DNA of 64,000 nucleotides, taken from the NCBI GenBank assembly GCA_963842015.1, contig CAWJFG010000020.1, forward strand, positions 5,424 to 69,423, given 5' to 3'. The notes beneath the pieces were generated by a model. The model ran no database searches. It was not told the DNA's origin and worked only from the letters and a program-made list of their open reading frames with translations. Made by a program: the position numbers and the translations under genes. The DNA comes from an uncultured Acidimicrobiales bacterium (GTDB lineage Bacteria > Actinomycetota > Acidimicrobiia > Acidimicrobiales > VFJN01). Shown here one piece after another: positions 20,370-29,458 of this stretch (the stretch's first letter is position 1; each line of letters begins with the position of its first letter).

Positions 20370-21326
20370 ATGACGGCAGGGCGACCGATGCCCACACAGG
20401 ACGACGTGCTCGGGTACTTCAACACGCTGTCGAACTGGGGACGGTGGGGCGACGACGACGAGCTCGGCACTCTGAACCACATCACCGACGACGTCCGGCT
20501 GGCGGCGGCGCGGGCCGTGCGCCACGGCAGGAGCGTGTCGTGCGCATGGGAGGTTGCCGTACCGCAAGACATGGAGCGGTCGACGACGACGTGCCCGTGC
20601 GCCGCCGACATGCCGGGTGCCGAGGACATGCCGGTGCCCGGATTCCGCAACGACCGGCGCTGGGGCTTTTCGTCCGAGCGGCTCGGCATCACGTTCCACG
20701 GCAACACCCTCACCCACGTCGACTCGCCGTGCCACATCTTCTGGGACGGCACGATGTACAACGGACGGTCGCACTCATTGGTCGACGCCGCAACGGGATC
20801 GGCGTGGGCGGCCGTCACCGCGGCGGCGAACGGGATCATCACGCGTGGTGTCCTGCTGGACATTGCGAGGGTCCGCGATGTGCCGTGGTTGGAACCAGGG
20901 CAGGGTGTGTTTCCCGACGATCTCGAGGAGGCCGAGCGTCGCCAGGGTGTGCGGGTGCGATCCGGCGATGCGGTACTCCTGCGGACCGGCTATGGCCGCG
21001 TCCGGCACGAGGCCGATGAGGCCAGCGGTTTCACGCAGGCCGGCTGGCACGCATCCTGCCTGCCGTGGCTGCATGAGCGGGAGGTCGCGCTGATCGGCGC
21101 TGACACCCCCCAGGACGTTCAGCCGTCGGGGTACGAAGACGTGTTGATGCCGGTTCACGCCGTGAGCCTCGTCGCGATGGGTCTGTGGCTGCTCGACAAC
21201 TGCGACCTGGAGGTGTGCGCGACGACGGCTGCCGAGCTCGGCCAGTGGGACTTCCACCTCGCAGTCGTGCCGGTCCGCTTCGCCGGTACGTCCGGCAGCC
21301 CGGTCAACCCGATCGCCACATTCTGA
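20370..21326 (+). CDS. Cyclase family protein (kynurenine formamidase-like)
   Basis: 'NWGRWGDDDELGTLN', 'HGNTLTHVDSPCH', 'GSPVNPIATF'. Confidence 0.9.
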   Translation: MTAGRPMPTQDDVLGYFNTLSNWGRWGDDDELGTLNHITDDVRLAAARAVRHGRSVSCAWEVAVPQDMERSTTTCPCAADMPGAEDMPVPGFRNDRRWGFSSERLGITFHGNTLTHVDSPCHIFWDGTMYNGRSHSLVDAATGSAWAAVTAAANGIITRGVLLDIARVRDVPWLEPGQGVFPDDLEEAERRQGVRVRSGDAVLLRTGYGRVRHEADEASGFTQAGWHASCLPWLHEREVALIGADTPQDVQPSGYEDVLMPVHAVSLVAMGLWLLDNCDLEVCATTAAELGQWDFHLAVVPVRFAGTSGSPVNPIATF

Positions 21327-21452
21327 CCGCGGGACTCGCGCCCGACAGTGTCGGCACCCGTCACCATCTGGGAGTGGATCAGCCCTGCGCTGGGCTGCGG
21401 GTTACGGCCTTCGGCGATCCGCAGCTGTTCCAACGGGCTTCACCATCGAGCT

Positions 21453-21491
21453 CGAAACTGACAGTGAAAACGACAGCGAGTGTCAGCGAAC
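21453..21491 (+). repeat. End A lacking its first ~12 bp
   Basis: CGAAACTGACAGTGAAAACGACAGCGAGTGTCAGCGAAC. Confidence 0.85.
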
Positions 21492-21713
21492 GGCAGCTCC
21501 GCCCTGTTTCGACCTCGCCCGAGAACTCCCCGCCTCGATCCTCCGAGACAGCCTCGGCATCCACGGCAACACCGCCTCCCGCTGGGTCACCGCCGCGGGC
21601 GGCAGGTGGTCCACCTCCCGCTGCTCCACCGCGTCGCCGGTCGCTAGGGCCCCCGACCCACCTCCCTGGGTCGACTCCCCGGGACGTGCGGATGTAGGAG
21701 CTACCTTCACGTC

Positions 21714-22316
21714 GTGGCGGTGCGGGCTGCAGGACCGGAAGACTTCGATGACGCCGTCGCCAGGGTCCGCAACTTGCCCCTGCCGGCAGTCACAGCCTGG
21801 GCCCTGGCACCCGCGCCCGACCTGATCGAGGCCCACCTCGCCTACTCGCGCTGGCTCGTCGCCGGGCTCCTGCGGATCGGACACATCTGGCTCGGCGACG
21901 AAGGCACCGTGGCAGGTGGACGCCGCCTACGCCTCCGGTTCTCCGACCGGCTGCGACTCCCGCATCCCGACCACGGCGAAATGAATGCCACCAGAGGCCC
22001 GTTCTCCTACCCCGATCTTCCCGCCGCCTGCCAGCAACGCCTCCTAGCCGCCAGCACCGCCGGCCTCAGGCTCCGGACAGCCAGCCGTCGCACCTTCCTC
22101 GTCCAGATCTGGGGCGCCGCCAACGACGACGCCAGAGCCGAGCCGCTCGACCAGCTCGTCCGCCATGCCCAGGCGATGCGCCACACCTGCCTCGTCATGA
22201 CCGCCGGTCCGGCCGGCACCGAACGGTTGTCCCGAGCCGGCTTCATGCCCGTCCGCGAGGCACCAGCCGGCGCCGACGACCGGCCCGCCCTCACAGCCTG
22301 GGAGTACCCAGCCTGA
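21714..22316 (+). CDS. Hypothetical protein
   Basis: 200-aa ORF with GGAG upstream; no motif recognised. Confidence 0.4.
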   Translation: MAVRAAGPEDFDDAVARVRNLPLPAVTAWALAPAPDLIEAHLAYSRWLVAGLLRIGHIWLGDEGTVAGGRRLRLRFSDRLRLPHPDHGEMNATRGPFSYPDLPAACQQRLLAASTAGLRLRTASRRTFLVQIWGAANDDARAEPLDQLVRHAQAMRHTCLVMTAGPAGTERLSRAGFMPVREAPAGADDRPALTAWEYPA

Positions 22317-22440
22317 CGAGCACGGCCCCCACAATGCCCCGATACGGCAAGCCCGAATACGTCGCCGTTACCAGAAAACTGAAGTCAGCGGCACCCCGAT
22401 CGACCCCATTGCGTCCGCGCTGCCCTGCAGCCACGGACGC

Positions 22441-22518
22441 CGGCAACGAGGGATTGCCATCAATCGTGGCTCGGGGCTCCGGCCCGACGGAGTAGGGCGT
22501 CGAGCTCGTTGCAGACGG
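22441..22518. repeat. 78-bp direct repeat, copy 2
   Basis: See 20121-20198; minus strand reads '..VCNELDALLRRAGAPSHD*'. Confidence 0.8.
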
Positions 22519-22705
22519 GTTCGAAGTCGGCTGCGAGCTGCGCCCAGTCCGGATGGTGTTGCTCTGCGGTCGCGGCCACGTCGAGGGGGGCGGAGTGCCG
22601 GGCCGAGGGACTTCAGAAAGTCCGCCAGGCCGGGAGCCGGGGCTCGTCCGCGTCACGATGATGCCAAGCTGCTCCCATCGCTCTCGCAACCCACTCAACA
22701 ACGCC

Positions 22706-22817
22706 GTCGCTTTCTACTGACAGACCGATGTCGTTTTCACTGACATCCGAGTGTCGCTGCACAACAAGTGCCGCGACACGAAACTGACAGTGAAAACGAC
22801 AGCGAGTGACAGCGAAC
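22706..22817. mobile_element. End B (22706-22763, -) back to back with End A (~22767-22817, +)
   Basis: ..GTCGTTTTCACTGACATCCGAGTGTCGCTGCACA-ACA-AGTGCCGCGACACGAAACTGACAGTGAAAACGAC.. Confidence 0.8.
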
Positions 22818-23190
22818 GGACCTTCGATCACCGACGGGGGAGTGGGGAGCGGCGGCGCTCGCCAATGGTGCGCCCGAGGTCCACGACACGCTCGAGGGGT
22901 CCACCGGCTGGGCCCGGGCGTCAGCGAGGATCGCTGGGTGCTCCGGGAGTTCGATCGTGGTGACCAGGCTGTCGTGCGCGATCTGGCGCTCGAGGGCCCA
23001 CTCGATCCGTGCGGCGCGAGACGAAACCTGCCTGGGAGATACCTCGTCGGTCGCTTGGTCGTGCTCGACCGCGCCGTTCGAGCCGGCGGAGGGCGCCCCC
23101 GCGGCACCCGACGGCCGCGGTGGAGCCGGCATGACGCGGCTCGACCGTCGGCGGCCGCCGCGCTTGTACGAGGCGCCTCGGCGGCGCGAG

Positions 23191-23210
23191 ACTGAAACAG
23201 TCGTTTCAGT
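23191..23210. promoter_or_regulatory. Palindromic operator, probably for the TetR regulator
   Basis: ACTGAAAC-AGTC-GTTTCAGT upstream of the GNAT-TetR operon. Confidence 0.6.
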
Positions 23211-23230
23211 CGCTGCCCCAGGGGGTCGCC

Positions 23231-23770
23231 GTGTCCGTGGTTGCCGATGATCTCGAGGTGATGATCCGCCCCGCCGACCAACCGGGCGACCTCGGCTGGG
23301 TCGTGATGGCCCACGGCGAGGTCTACGCCGAGCAGTTCGGGTGGGACCGCAGCTTCGAGTCGTTGGTGGCCCAGATCGTGGCCGACTTCGCCGTCGGCCA
23401 TGACGAGCGTCGCGAGGCCGCGTGGATCGCCGAGCTCGACGGCCGGCGGGTCGGGTGCGTCTTCTGCGTCGCCGGCGACGTACCCGCCGTCGCGAAGCTG
23501 CGGATCCTGCTGGTCGCGCCCGAGGCCCGCGGGCACGGCGTCGGTCGCCGGCTCGTCGACGAGTGCCTGCAGTTCGCCGAGACGGCCGGCTACCGGCACG
23601 TCACGTTGTGGACCAACGACGTGCTGACCTCGGCACGGCGGATCTACGAGGCGGCGGGGTTCACGCTCGCCGACCAGGCGCCCCACCACAGCTTCGGGCA
23701 CGACCTCGTGGGGCAGACCTGGGCGGTCGACCTGCCCCGCGGGGCCGGCCCGACCGGGCCGGCGGCGTGA
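23231..23770 (+). CDS. GNAT N-acetyltransferase
   Basis: 'PGDLGWVVMAHG', 'LLVAPEARGHGVG', 'LWTNDVL..ARRIYEAAGF'. Confidence 0.9.
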   Translation: MSVVADDLEVMIRPADQPGDLGWVVMAHGEVYAEQFGWDRSFESLVAQIVADFAVGHDERREAAWIAELDGRRVGCVFCVAGDVPAVAKLRILLVAPEARGHGVGRRLVDECLQFAETAGYRHVTLWTNDVLTSARRIYEAAGFTLADQAPHHSFGHDLVGQTWAVDLPRGAGPTGPAA

Positions 23771-24372
23771 GCACGAGCGGATCGCCCGCGCCGTCGGCAC
23801 GACGCGACGAGCTGCTCGAGGCTGCGTACCACCAGGTGCGGACCCACGGGTTGACCGGGATGTCGTTGCGCCCGCTCGCCACGGCGATCGGATCGAGCCC
23901 TCGGGTGCTGCTCTACCTCTTCGGCAGCAAGGAGGGTCTCGTGCGTGCCCTGCTCGCCCGGGCGCGAGCCGACGAGCTCGCCCTCCTGGAGCGGGTCACG
24001 GCGCGACCCGACGAGGACGGCGGCCCGGCGGCTGTCGCGGCACGGGTGTGGACGTGGCTCGCACGTCCCGACCACCGCGATCTGCTGACCCTGTGGGTCG
24101 AGGCGTATGCCCGGTCGCTCGTCGAGCCCGACGGGCCGTGGGGAGGTTTCGCCCGCGACACCGTCGACGACTGGTTGCGAGTGCTCGCCGACGACCAGCC
24201 CACTCCCGACACGCCTGCGGCTCGGGCCCAGCGCACGGTGGTGCTGGCCGTGCTCCGGGGCGCGCTGCTCGACCTGCTTGCCACCGGCGACCTCGATCGG
24301 GTCGACGCCGCGGTCACGACCTTCCTGAACGCCCTCGACCGACCGGCCGACCTCGCGACCGACGAGGCGTAG
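23767..24372 (+). CDS. TetR-family regulator
   Basis: 'MSLRPLATAIGSSPRVLLYLFGSKEGL'. Confidence 0.85.
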   Translation: MSTSGSPAPSARRDELLEAAYHQVRTHGLTGMSLRPLATAIGSSPRVLLYLFGSKEGLVRALLARARADELALLERVTARPDEDGGPAAVAARVWTWLARPDHRDLLTLWVEAYARSLVEPDGPWGGFARDTVDDWLRVLADDQPTPDTPAARAQRTVVLAVLRGALLDLLATGDLDRVDAAVTTFLNALDRPADLATDEA

Positions 24373-24645
24373 TCCTCAGGCGGCGGTCACAGAGGTGTCT
24401 GGGACGGGTCCGCCTGCACTCGTCAGCGGCTTCGCGACGTGGCGCTGCCGTCGGTCGACGACCGCGAGACGGCCGCCGGACTCGTCCGAGAAGCCCACCA
24501 GGTGTTCCCGTACTCCAACGCCACCCGCGGCAACATCACCGTGGACCTTCTTCTCCGTGGCGAGCCGATCTGACGTGCTGCACGGACTCCGCGGCCTCAC
24601 CACGGCCCTGACGCCGTCCCCTACCGTGAACGGAGGCAGGAGCCC

Positions 24646-25026
24646 ATGACCACGTTGTACCGATACTCGTTCGACAAGCGGCTGGTCGCCTTCTGGGGCG
24701 TCTTCGGGGTGCGTCCCGCGACGGACGGCGTCACCCTCACCGACGACGGTCGGCTGCGGGCGACGTTCGGGCTCCTCAAGCTCGAGACCACGCTCGAGAA
24801 TGTCGACGGCGCCCACATCACTCGGAACTACCGCTGGTGGACGGCGGCCGGGGCCCGGGGCTCGATGAAGGACGACGGGCTCACGTTCGGCACGAACGCG
24901 GACGCGGGCGTGTGCATCCACTTCCACGAGAAGGTGCCGTCGCCGCTCCGGCGCAGCGGCCACTCCGCGCTGACGGTCACCGTCGAGGATCTCGAAGGGA
25001 TGACGCAGGCGCTTACCAGCCCCTGA
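24646..25026 (+). CDS. Hypothetical protein
   Basis: Strong RBS AGGAG; 126-aa ORF with plausible composition. Confidence 0.6.
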   Translation: MTTLYRYSFDKRLVAFWGVFGVRPATDGVTLTDDGRLRATFGLLKLETTLENVDGAHITRNYRWWTAAGARGSMKDDGLTFGTNADAGVCIHFHEKVPSPLRRSGHSALTVTVEDLEGMTQALTSP

Positions 25027-25029
25027 CAC

Positions 25030-25216
25030 ACGCCTGGGCCGCGGCACCGAGGCCGCTCCACGCGTACGGGCGAGTGGCCTTGGGAGTCGAGCCAGGGGAA
25101 GTAGTGGTCGCTGATGACCGCGAAGTCGAATCCTGCTTGCTCAGCGAGCGCGGGGCGCGCACCAACTGCTTCGGACCGGCCTGCTCGCACATCATCGTGT
25201 AACCGATCAGCGTCAT
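25030..25216 (-). pseudogene. N-terminal fragment of an LLM-class F420-dependent oxidoreductase
   Basis: 'MTLIGYTMMCEQAGPKQLV..AEQAGFDFAVISDHYFPW..GHSPYAW', then truncated. Confidence 0.75.
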
Positions 25217-26100
25217 CGTGTTCCTCCGTGTCGTTCCAGTGCTCGCGTCACGACGGTGAGGTCTTGGCCGCCGAGTCCTTGGTCGACAACCCGTTGCCAT
25301 TCGTCGGCCAAGGAGGCCAGCGCGGTGAATCGGTCCTCGTCTGCTGCGTCGAGCGCGAGGTGCACGTCCTTGAGCGCGAGCGACAGGGGGAACTGCGGCG
25401 AGAAGTCATCCTCGAGGATGCGCTGGAGCTTGGCGGCCTGCCACGGAGACACGAGCGGGCCGCCGCCGAGCGCGCCGACGACCGTCTCGGTCTCGAGCCC
25501 CAACCGGTGCGCGAGCGCAACCGACGCGTCCACCGCCTCGGCACCGAACGCGAGCCACGTGTTGTTCACAACCTTCAGTCGCGTGCCGCTCCCGACCGGA
25601 CCGACCCAGACGGTCCGCTGACCGAGCGCGTCGAAGAGAGGCGTGACACGGACCCGGACCACGTCGGGCCCCGACGCGAAGATCGTCAACTGGCCCTGCG
25701 CTGCCGGTTCCTTACTCCCCGAGACCGGCGCGTCGAGGAGCGTGATGTCAGGACGTTCCTCTTCTGCGAGGGCCGCGACCCGCTCGATGCCTTCGACGCC
25801 GATCGTGCTCATCTGCGCCCAGATCGCGCCCGGCGCGAGAGCTCCAAGCATTCCCTGCTCGTGGGCGATGGAGATGACTGCGTCGGCATCAGTCACCATC
25901 GTGACGACGATCGCCGCTCGCCGCGCGGCGTCGGCCGCGGTAGGCGCGACCTCCGCGCCGAGGTCGGCGAGGTCTCGGGTCGCGTTCGGCTCGCGGTTCC
26001 AGACGATCGTCGGGATACCGGCGCGCAACGCGCTGGCCGCCATTCCGTGGCCCATCGTGCCGATACCCAGCACCGCAACCGGCTCATGCGTTTGTGCCAT
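25213..26100 (-). CDS. NAD(P)-dependent oxidoreductase, 3-hydroxyisobutyrate dehydrogenase family
   Basis: 'VLGIGTMGHGMA', 'DAPVSGSK', 'KVVNN', 'KDV'. Confidence 0.9.
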   Translation of the reverse strand: MAQTHEPVAVLGIGTMGHGMAASALRAGIPTIVWNREPNATRDLADLGAEVAPTAADAARRAAIVVTMVTDADAVISIAHEQGMLGALAPGAIWAQMSTIGVEGIERVAALAEEERPDITLLDAPVSGSKEPAAQGQLTIFASGPDVVRVRVTPLFDALGQRTVWVGPVGSGTRLKVVNNTWLAFGAEAVDASVALAHRLGLETETVVGALGGGPLVSPWQAAKLQRILEDDFSPQFPLSLALKDVHLALDAADEDRFTALASLADEWQRVVDQGLGGQDLTVVTRALERHGGTR

Positions 26101-26289
26101 GTTCGCCTCCTCCATTGGTGAGTCCGCGGGTGACTGCCTAGACGATGTTGGCTGATGACAGCCGATGTCCTAACGGCTGACACGTTGTCGGCCTCGGCGG
26201 CACGTTCGTCGGTGAGGATCGAGCGGAGGCGGGATCTTGCGCCGGTATTGCCTTGACGAAACACTTCACGACTTGGTTAAGTGAACTGC

Positions 26290-26631
26290 GTGACCGCCAC
26301 CGACCAGCTCAGCCTCGTGTTCGCGGCGCTGGCCGACCCCACCCGGCGAGCGATCCTCGCCGAGCTCACCGTCGGCGACGCCACCGTGACGCAGCTCACG
26401 GCGCCGCTGCCGATCTCGATGCCGGCGGTGTCGCGGCACCTGAAGGTGCTCGAGGGCGCCGCCCTGATCTCCCGCTCGCGCGAGGGGAAGTGGCAGCGGA
26501 GCCACCTGGAGGCGGCGCCGCTCCGGGAGGCGGCCGTCTGGATCGAGCGTTTCCGGGGGTTCTGGGACTCGTCCTTCGACCGCCTCGACGCCCACCTCGC
26601 CACGCTGCAACAGGAGCAGGAGAACCGATGA
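26290..26631 (+). CDS. ArsR/SmtB-family regulator
   Basis: 'FAALADPTRRAIL..AVSRHLKVLE'. Confidence 0.9.
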   Translation: MTATDQLSLVFAALADPTRRAILAELTVGDATVTQLTAPLPISMPAVSRHLKVLEGAALISRSREGKWQRSHLEAAPLREAAVWIERFRGFWDSSFDRLDAHLATLQQEQENR

Positions 26632-27098
26632 CCACCGAAACACCCGACCTCTCCATCTCGCGCGTATTCGACGCGCCCCGGGCCCTCGTCTACCGGGCCT
26701 TCACCGACCCGGAGCAGCTGGCGGCCTGGTGGGGGCCGACCGGCAGTGTGCGGCCGCTCGACGAGATGGAGTTCGATGTCCGACCCGGCGGCTTCCAGCG
26801 GTTCGTGGAGGTGTTCCCCGACGACCCGTCCATCCGGGCGGATGTGCACATCGACCTCGCCGACGTCGCCGAGGGCAGGGTGCTCGACGGCGTGATGCGC
26901 GTGCGTGGCCGCCTGCCGGGGGGCTTCGAGCCGTTCGAGACACGGTTCCGGTTCGAGTTCCACGACGAGCCCAACGGGCGCACCCGCCTCGAGGTGCGCC
27001 AGTGGCTGCCGGCGCACGTGACCGGAGCAACCGAGGAGGGCTGGCGCCAGAGCTTCGCCGAGCTCGACGCCCACTTGGCGACGACGGCGGTGTCGTGA
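26628..27098 (+). CDS. SRPBCC/Aha1 domain protein
   Basis: 'RVFDAPRALVYRAFTDPEQLAAWWGP', 'EGWRQSF'. Confidence 0.9.
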   Translation: MTTETPDLSISRVFDAPRALVYRAFTDPEQLAAWWGPTGSVRPLDEMEFDVRPGGFQRFVEVFPDDPSIRADVHIDLADVAEGRVLDGVMRVRGRLPGGFEPFETRFRFEFHDEPNGRTRLEVRQWLPAHVTGATEEGWRQSFAELDAHLATTAVS

Positions 27099-27100
27099 GC

Positions 27101-27367
27101 ATGGGCAAGCTCGTCTACCTCACCAACGTCTACCTCGACCTCCTGATCGAGGACGAGCACGGCAGCCTCGACTGGAGGGCGCCGTCCGACGAGCTGTTCG
27201 TTCACCCCAGGAACGTCATCCGCCCGCTCGGGACCCACCTCTACGGACGGCGACTCAACGAGACCATGTCCCCGTGGGAGACGTCGCCCGAGCTCGCCGC
27301 CCAGTCCCACCTCACCGCCGAGTTCGCCGGCTTCTGGGCGGCCGCAACAAGGGGGACATCTCGGTGA
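27101..27367 (+). pseudogene. N-terminal fragment of a DHFR/RibD-family gene
   Basis: 'MGKLVY..NVYLDLLIEDEHGSLDW..LYGRRL', truncated. Confidence 0.65.
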
Positions 27368-28146
27368 GACCACTTCGATACTCGATCAACGTCACGCTCG
27401 ACGGCTGCTGCCATCACGAGGCAGGGCTCCCGCCGGATGAGGAGTCGATGCGCTACTGGACCGCGGAGATGGAACGAGCCGATGCCCTGCTGTTCGGCCG
27501 GGTGACCTACGAGATGATGGAGTCGGCGTGGCGGCAGCCGGCCACGGGCACGTGGCCTGACTGGATGGATGAGTGGCAGATCCCGTTCGCCGAGACCATC
27601 GACCGGGCGAAGAAGTACGTCGTGTCGAGCACGCTGAGCGGGGTCGAATGGAATGCCGAGCTGGTGCGAGGCGACTTGGGGCAAGCGGTTCAGCGGCTCA
27701 AGCAGGAGCCAGGCGAGGGCCTGTGGGTGGGTGGCGTGACGCTCCCCCTGGCGTTGGCAGATCTGGGACTGATCGACGAGTACGAGTTCCTTGTGCAGCC
27801 GGTCCTTGCCGGACACGGGCCGACGTTGCTCGCCGGTCTGCGCGAGCGCATCCAGCTCGAGCTCGTGGATCGCCAGGAGTTCCGGTCGGGGGCGGTCGCC
27901 CTGCGATACCGGCCCACGCGAGCTCGGCTTGACGTAACTTGTCCGAGCACGTTGGCCGTTGCCTCGCGACGGAACGACAGCTCTGGTGTGCAGCGACACG
28001 AAACTGACAGTTCCACGTGTCGCTTCACAACGTGGAGTGTGCAGCGACACGAAACCGACAGTGAAAACGACAGCGGGTGTCAGCGAACTATCGTTCGGGA
28101 AGTTGGGCCGGGGCGTTGGCCGGTCGGGTTCGACGTCCAGCTCTGA
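27364..28146 (+). CDS. DHFR/RibD-family protein; homology ends near 27920 and the frame reads through the transposon-end cluster
   Basis: 'YSINVTLDG', 'LLFGRVTYEMM', 'GLIDEYEF..GHGP'. Confidence 0.8.
   Translation: MRPLRYSINVTLDGCCHHEAGLPPDEESMRYWTAEMERADALLFGRVTYEMMESAWRQPATGTWPDWMDEWQIPFAETIDRAKKYVVSSTLSGVEWNAELVRGDLGQAVQRLKQEPGEGLWVGGVTLPLALADLGLIDEYEFLVQPVLAGHGPTLLAGLRERIQLELVDRQEFRSGAVALRYRPTRARLDVTCPSTLAVASRRNDSSGVQRHETDSSTCRFTTWSVQRHETDSENDSGCQRTIVREVGPGRWPVGFDVQL
27987..28088. mobile_element. End cluster: End A tip fused to End B tip (27987-28029), 8-bp spacer, then full End A (28038-28088)
   Basis: TGTGCAGCGACACGAAACTGACAGT|TCCACGTGTCGCTTCACA-ACGTGGAG-TGTGCAGCGACACGAAACCGACAGTGAAAACGAC.. 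Confidence 0.8.
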
Positions 28147-28329
28147 GCATCCGCTAGGGCAACGGCGGCCACCGTCTAGCGATTGCAGGTTGTGGCGCGC
28201 ACGCCTAATCGACAGGAGAGGGCCAGAACTGATCGTGGCCGGACCCTGCGCCGGAGCGGGTACGTCGCGGTTGCGGTCGCGGCGGTGGGGTCCCTTGCGA
28301 TCGGCGGTGTGGTGTCGAACTCGGGTCGT

Positions 28330-28554
28330 CGGGGCGGCGGCGGGGGAGTAGCCGAGCTGGTCGACCGCGACGGCTCGGTGTACCGCCGCCGCGAGGCCGT
28401 CCAGTTGCGCGGCCCAGCATCGGGACGTCTGCGGGAAGCCGTGCAGCAGGAGCACGACCCGCCCGTCATCCGGACCCGCGACCCGAGCCCGGAACGGCAG
28501 CCCGTTGGAGCGGATGTCGACCGTGTCCGTCCCACCCGTTGCCCACGCCTGCAT
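28330..28554 (-). pseudogene. N-terminal fragment of an alpha/beta hydrolase
   Basis: 'VVLLLHGFPQTSRCW..AVDQLGYSP', then truncated. Confidence 0.7.
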
Positions 28555-28650
28555 CGCCCCGGGGACTCCGCCGGCGGCCGCGGCAGGGCTGAGGATCTAC
28601 AGCGACAAGCCGCCGTCAAGATCCGGTGGACGCGGCCGACCGGACTCTGA

Positions 28651-28697
28651 TGTGCAGCGACACGAAAGTGACAGCGAAAGCGACACGCTCAGTGAAC
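28651..28697 (+). mobile_element. End A
   Basis: TGTGCAGCGACACGAAAGTGACAGCGAAAGCGACACGCTCAGTGAAC. Confidence 0.8.
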
Positions 28698-28804
28698 GCG
28701 TGTCATTCTGCGGCGACGCCGCGCACGGCGGGTGGCTCCTCGCGCCCACGAGTTCTCCAGGCCGGGCCGTCGTTGCGAGGCGCTCGGGCAAGGCGGCGGT
28801 CAAG

Positions 28805-29458
28805 TCACCATTGCGCGTCGTGCACGAGAATCGCGATGTGCACCCGGTTTGTGACTGCGAGCTTGGTGAGAAGACGCGAGACGTGCGCCTTGACGGTGGC
28901 CTCGCTCATGAACAGGGATGCCGCAACCTCGGCGTTGGATGCGCCGGACCCCACCGCAGTCGCGACCTCCCGTTCCCGGTCTGTGAGCGACGTCAGGCGC
29001 TGGGCAGCGAAGCGACGGCGATCTGTCATTTCGTCGTTGCCGAGGTGAGAGAGAAGTGTGCGGGTGACCGACGGTGAGAGCATCGCTTCTCCTGCAGCCA
29101 CAAGGCGCACTGCATGGACGATCTCCGCGGGCGCGGTGTCTTTCAACAGGAATCCGTCGGCTCCGGCCCGAAGCGCGCTCAGGACATGCTCGTCGGCCTG
29201 GAATGTGGTCAGGACGATCACGTGCGGCGGAGTCGCAAGGCGGCGGAGGGCCGACGTGGCGGCAATGCCGTCCATCCCGGGCATCCGGATGTCCATCAGG
29301 ACGACATCGGGTCGATGCGCCTGCGCGGTTGCGACGGCGTCGGCCCCGTCGGCAGCCTCGCCCACCACCTCCATCTCCTCGGACGACGACAGGATCATCC
29401 GGAGACCGGCACGCACCAACGCGTCGTCGTCGACCAACAGCACCCGGATTTTCACCAC
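28805..29458 (-). CDS. NarL/LuxR-family response regulator
   Basis: 'LLVDDDALVR', 'VVLMDIRMP', 'LTDREREV..TVKAHVSRLL'. Confidence 0.92.
   Translation of the reverse strand: MVKIRVLLVDDDALVRAGLRMILSSSEEMEVVGEAADGADAVATAQAHRPDVVLMDIRMPGMDGIAATSALRRLATPPHVIVLTTFQADEHVLSALRAGADGFLLKDTAPAEIVHAVRLVAAGEAMLSPSVTRTLLSHLGNDEMTDRRRFAAQRLTSLTDREREVATAVGSGASNAEVAASLFMSEATVKAHVSRLLTKLAVTNRVHIAILVHDAQW

Noticed and set aside
22706-22817. Junction palindromes as classical integron attC sites
   Set aside because: No RYYYAAC..GTTRRRY boundaries in the right order, arms usually occur alone, blocks hold several genes in both orientations, and no IntI is visible.
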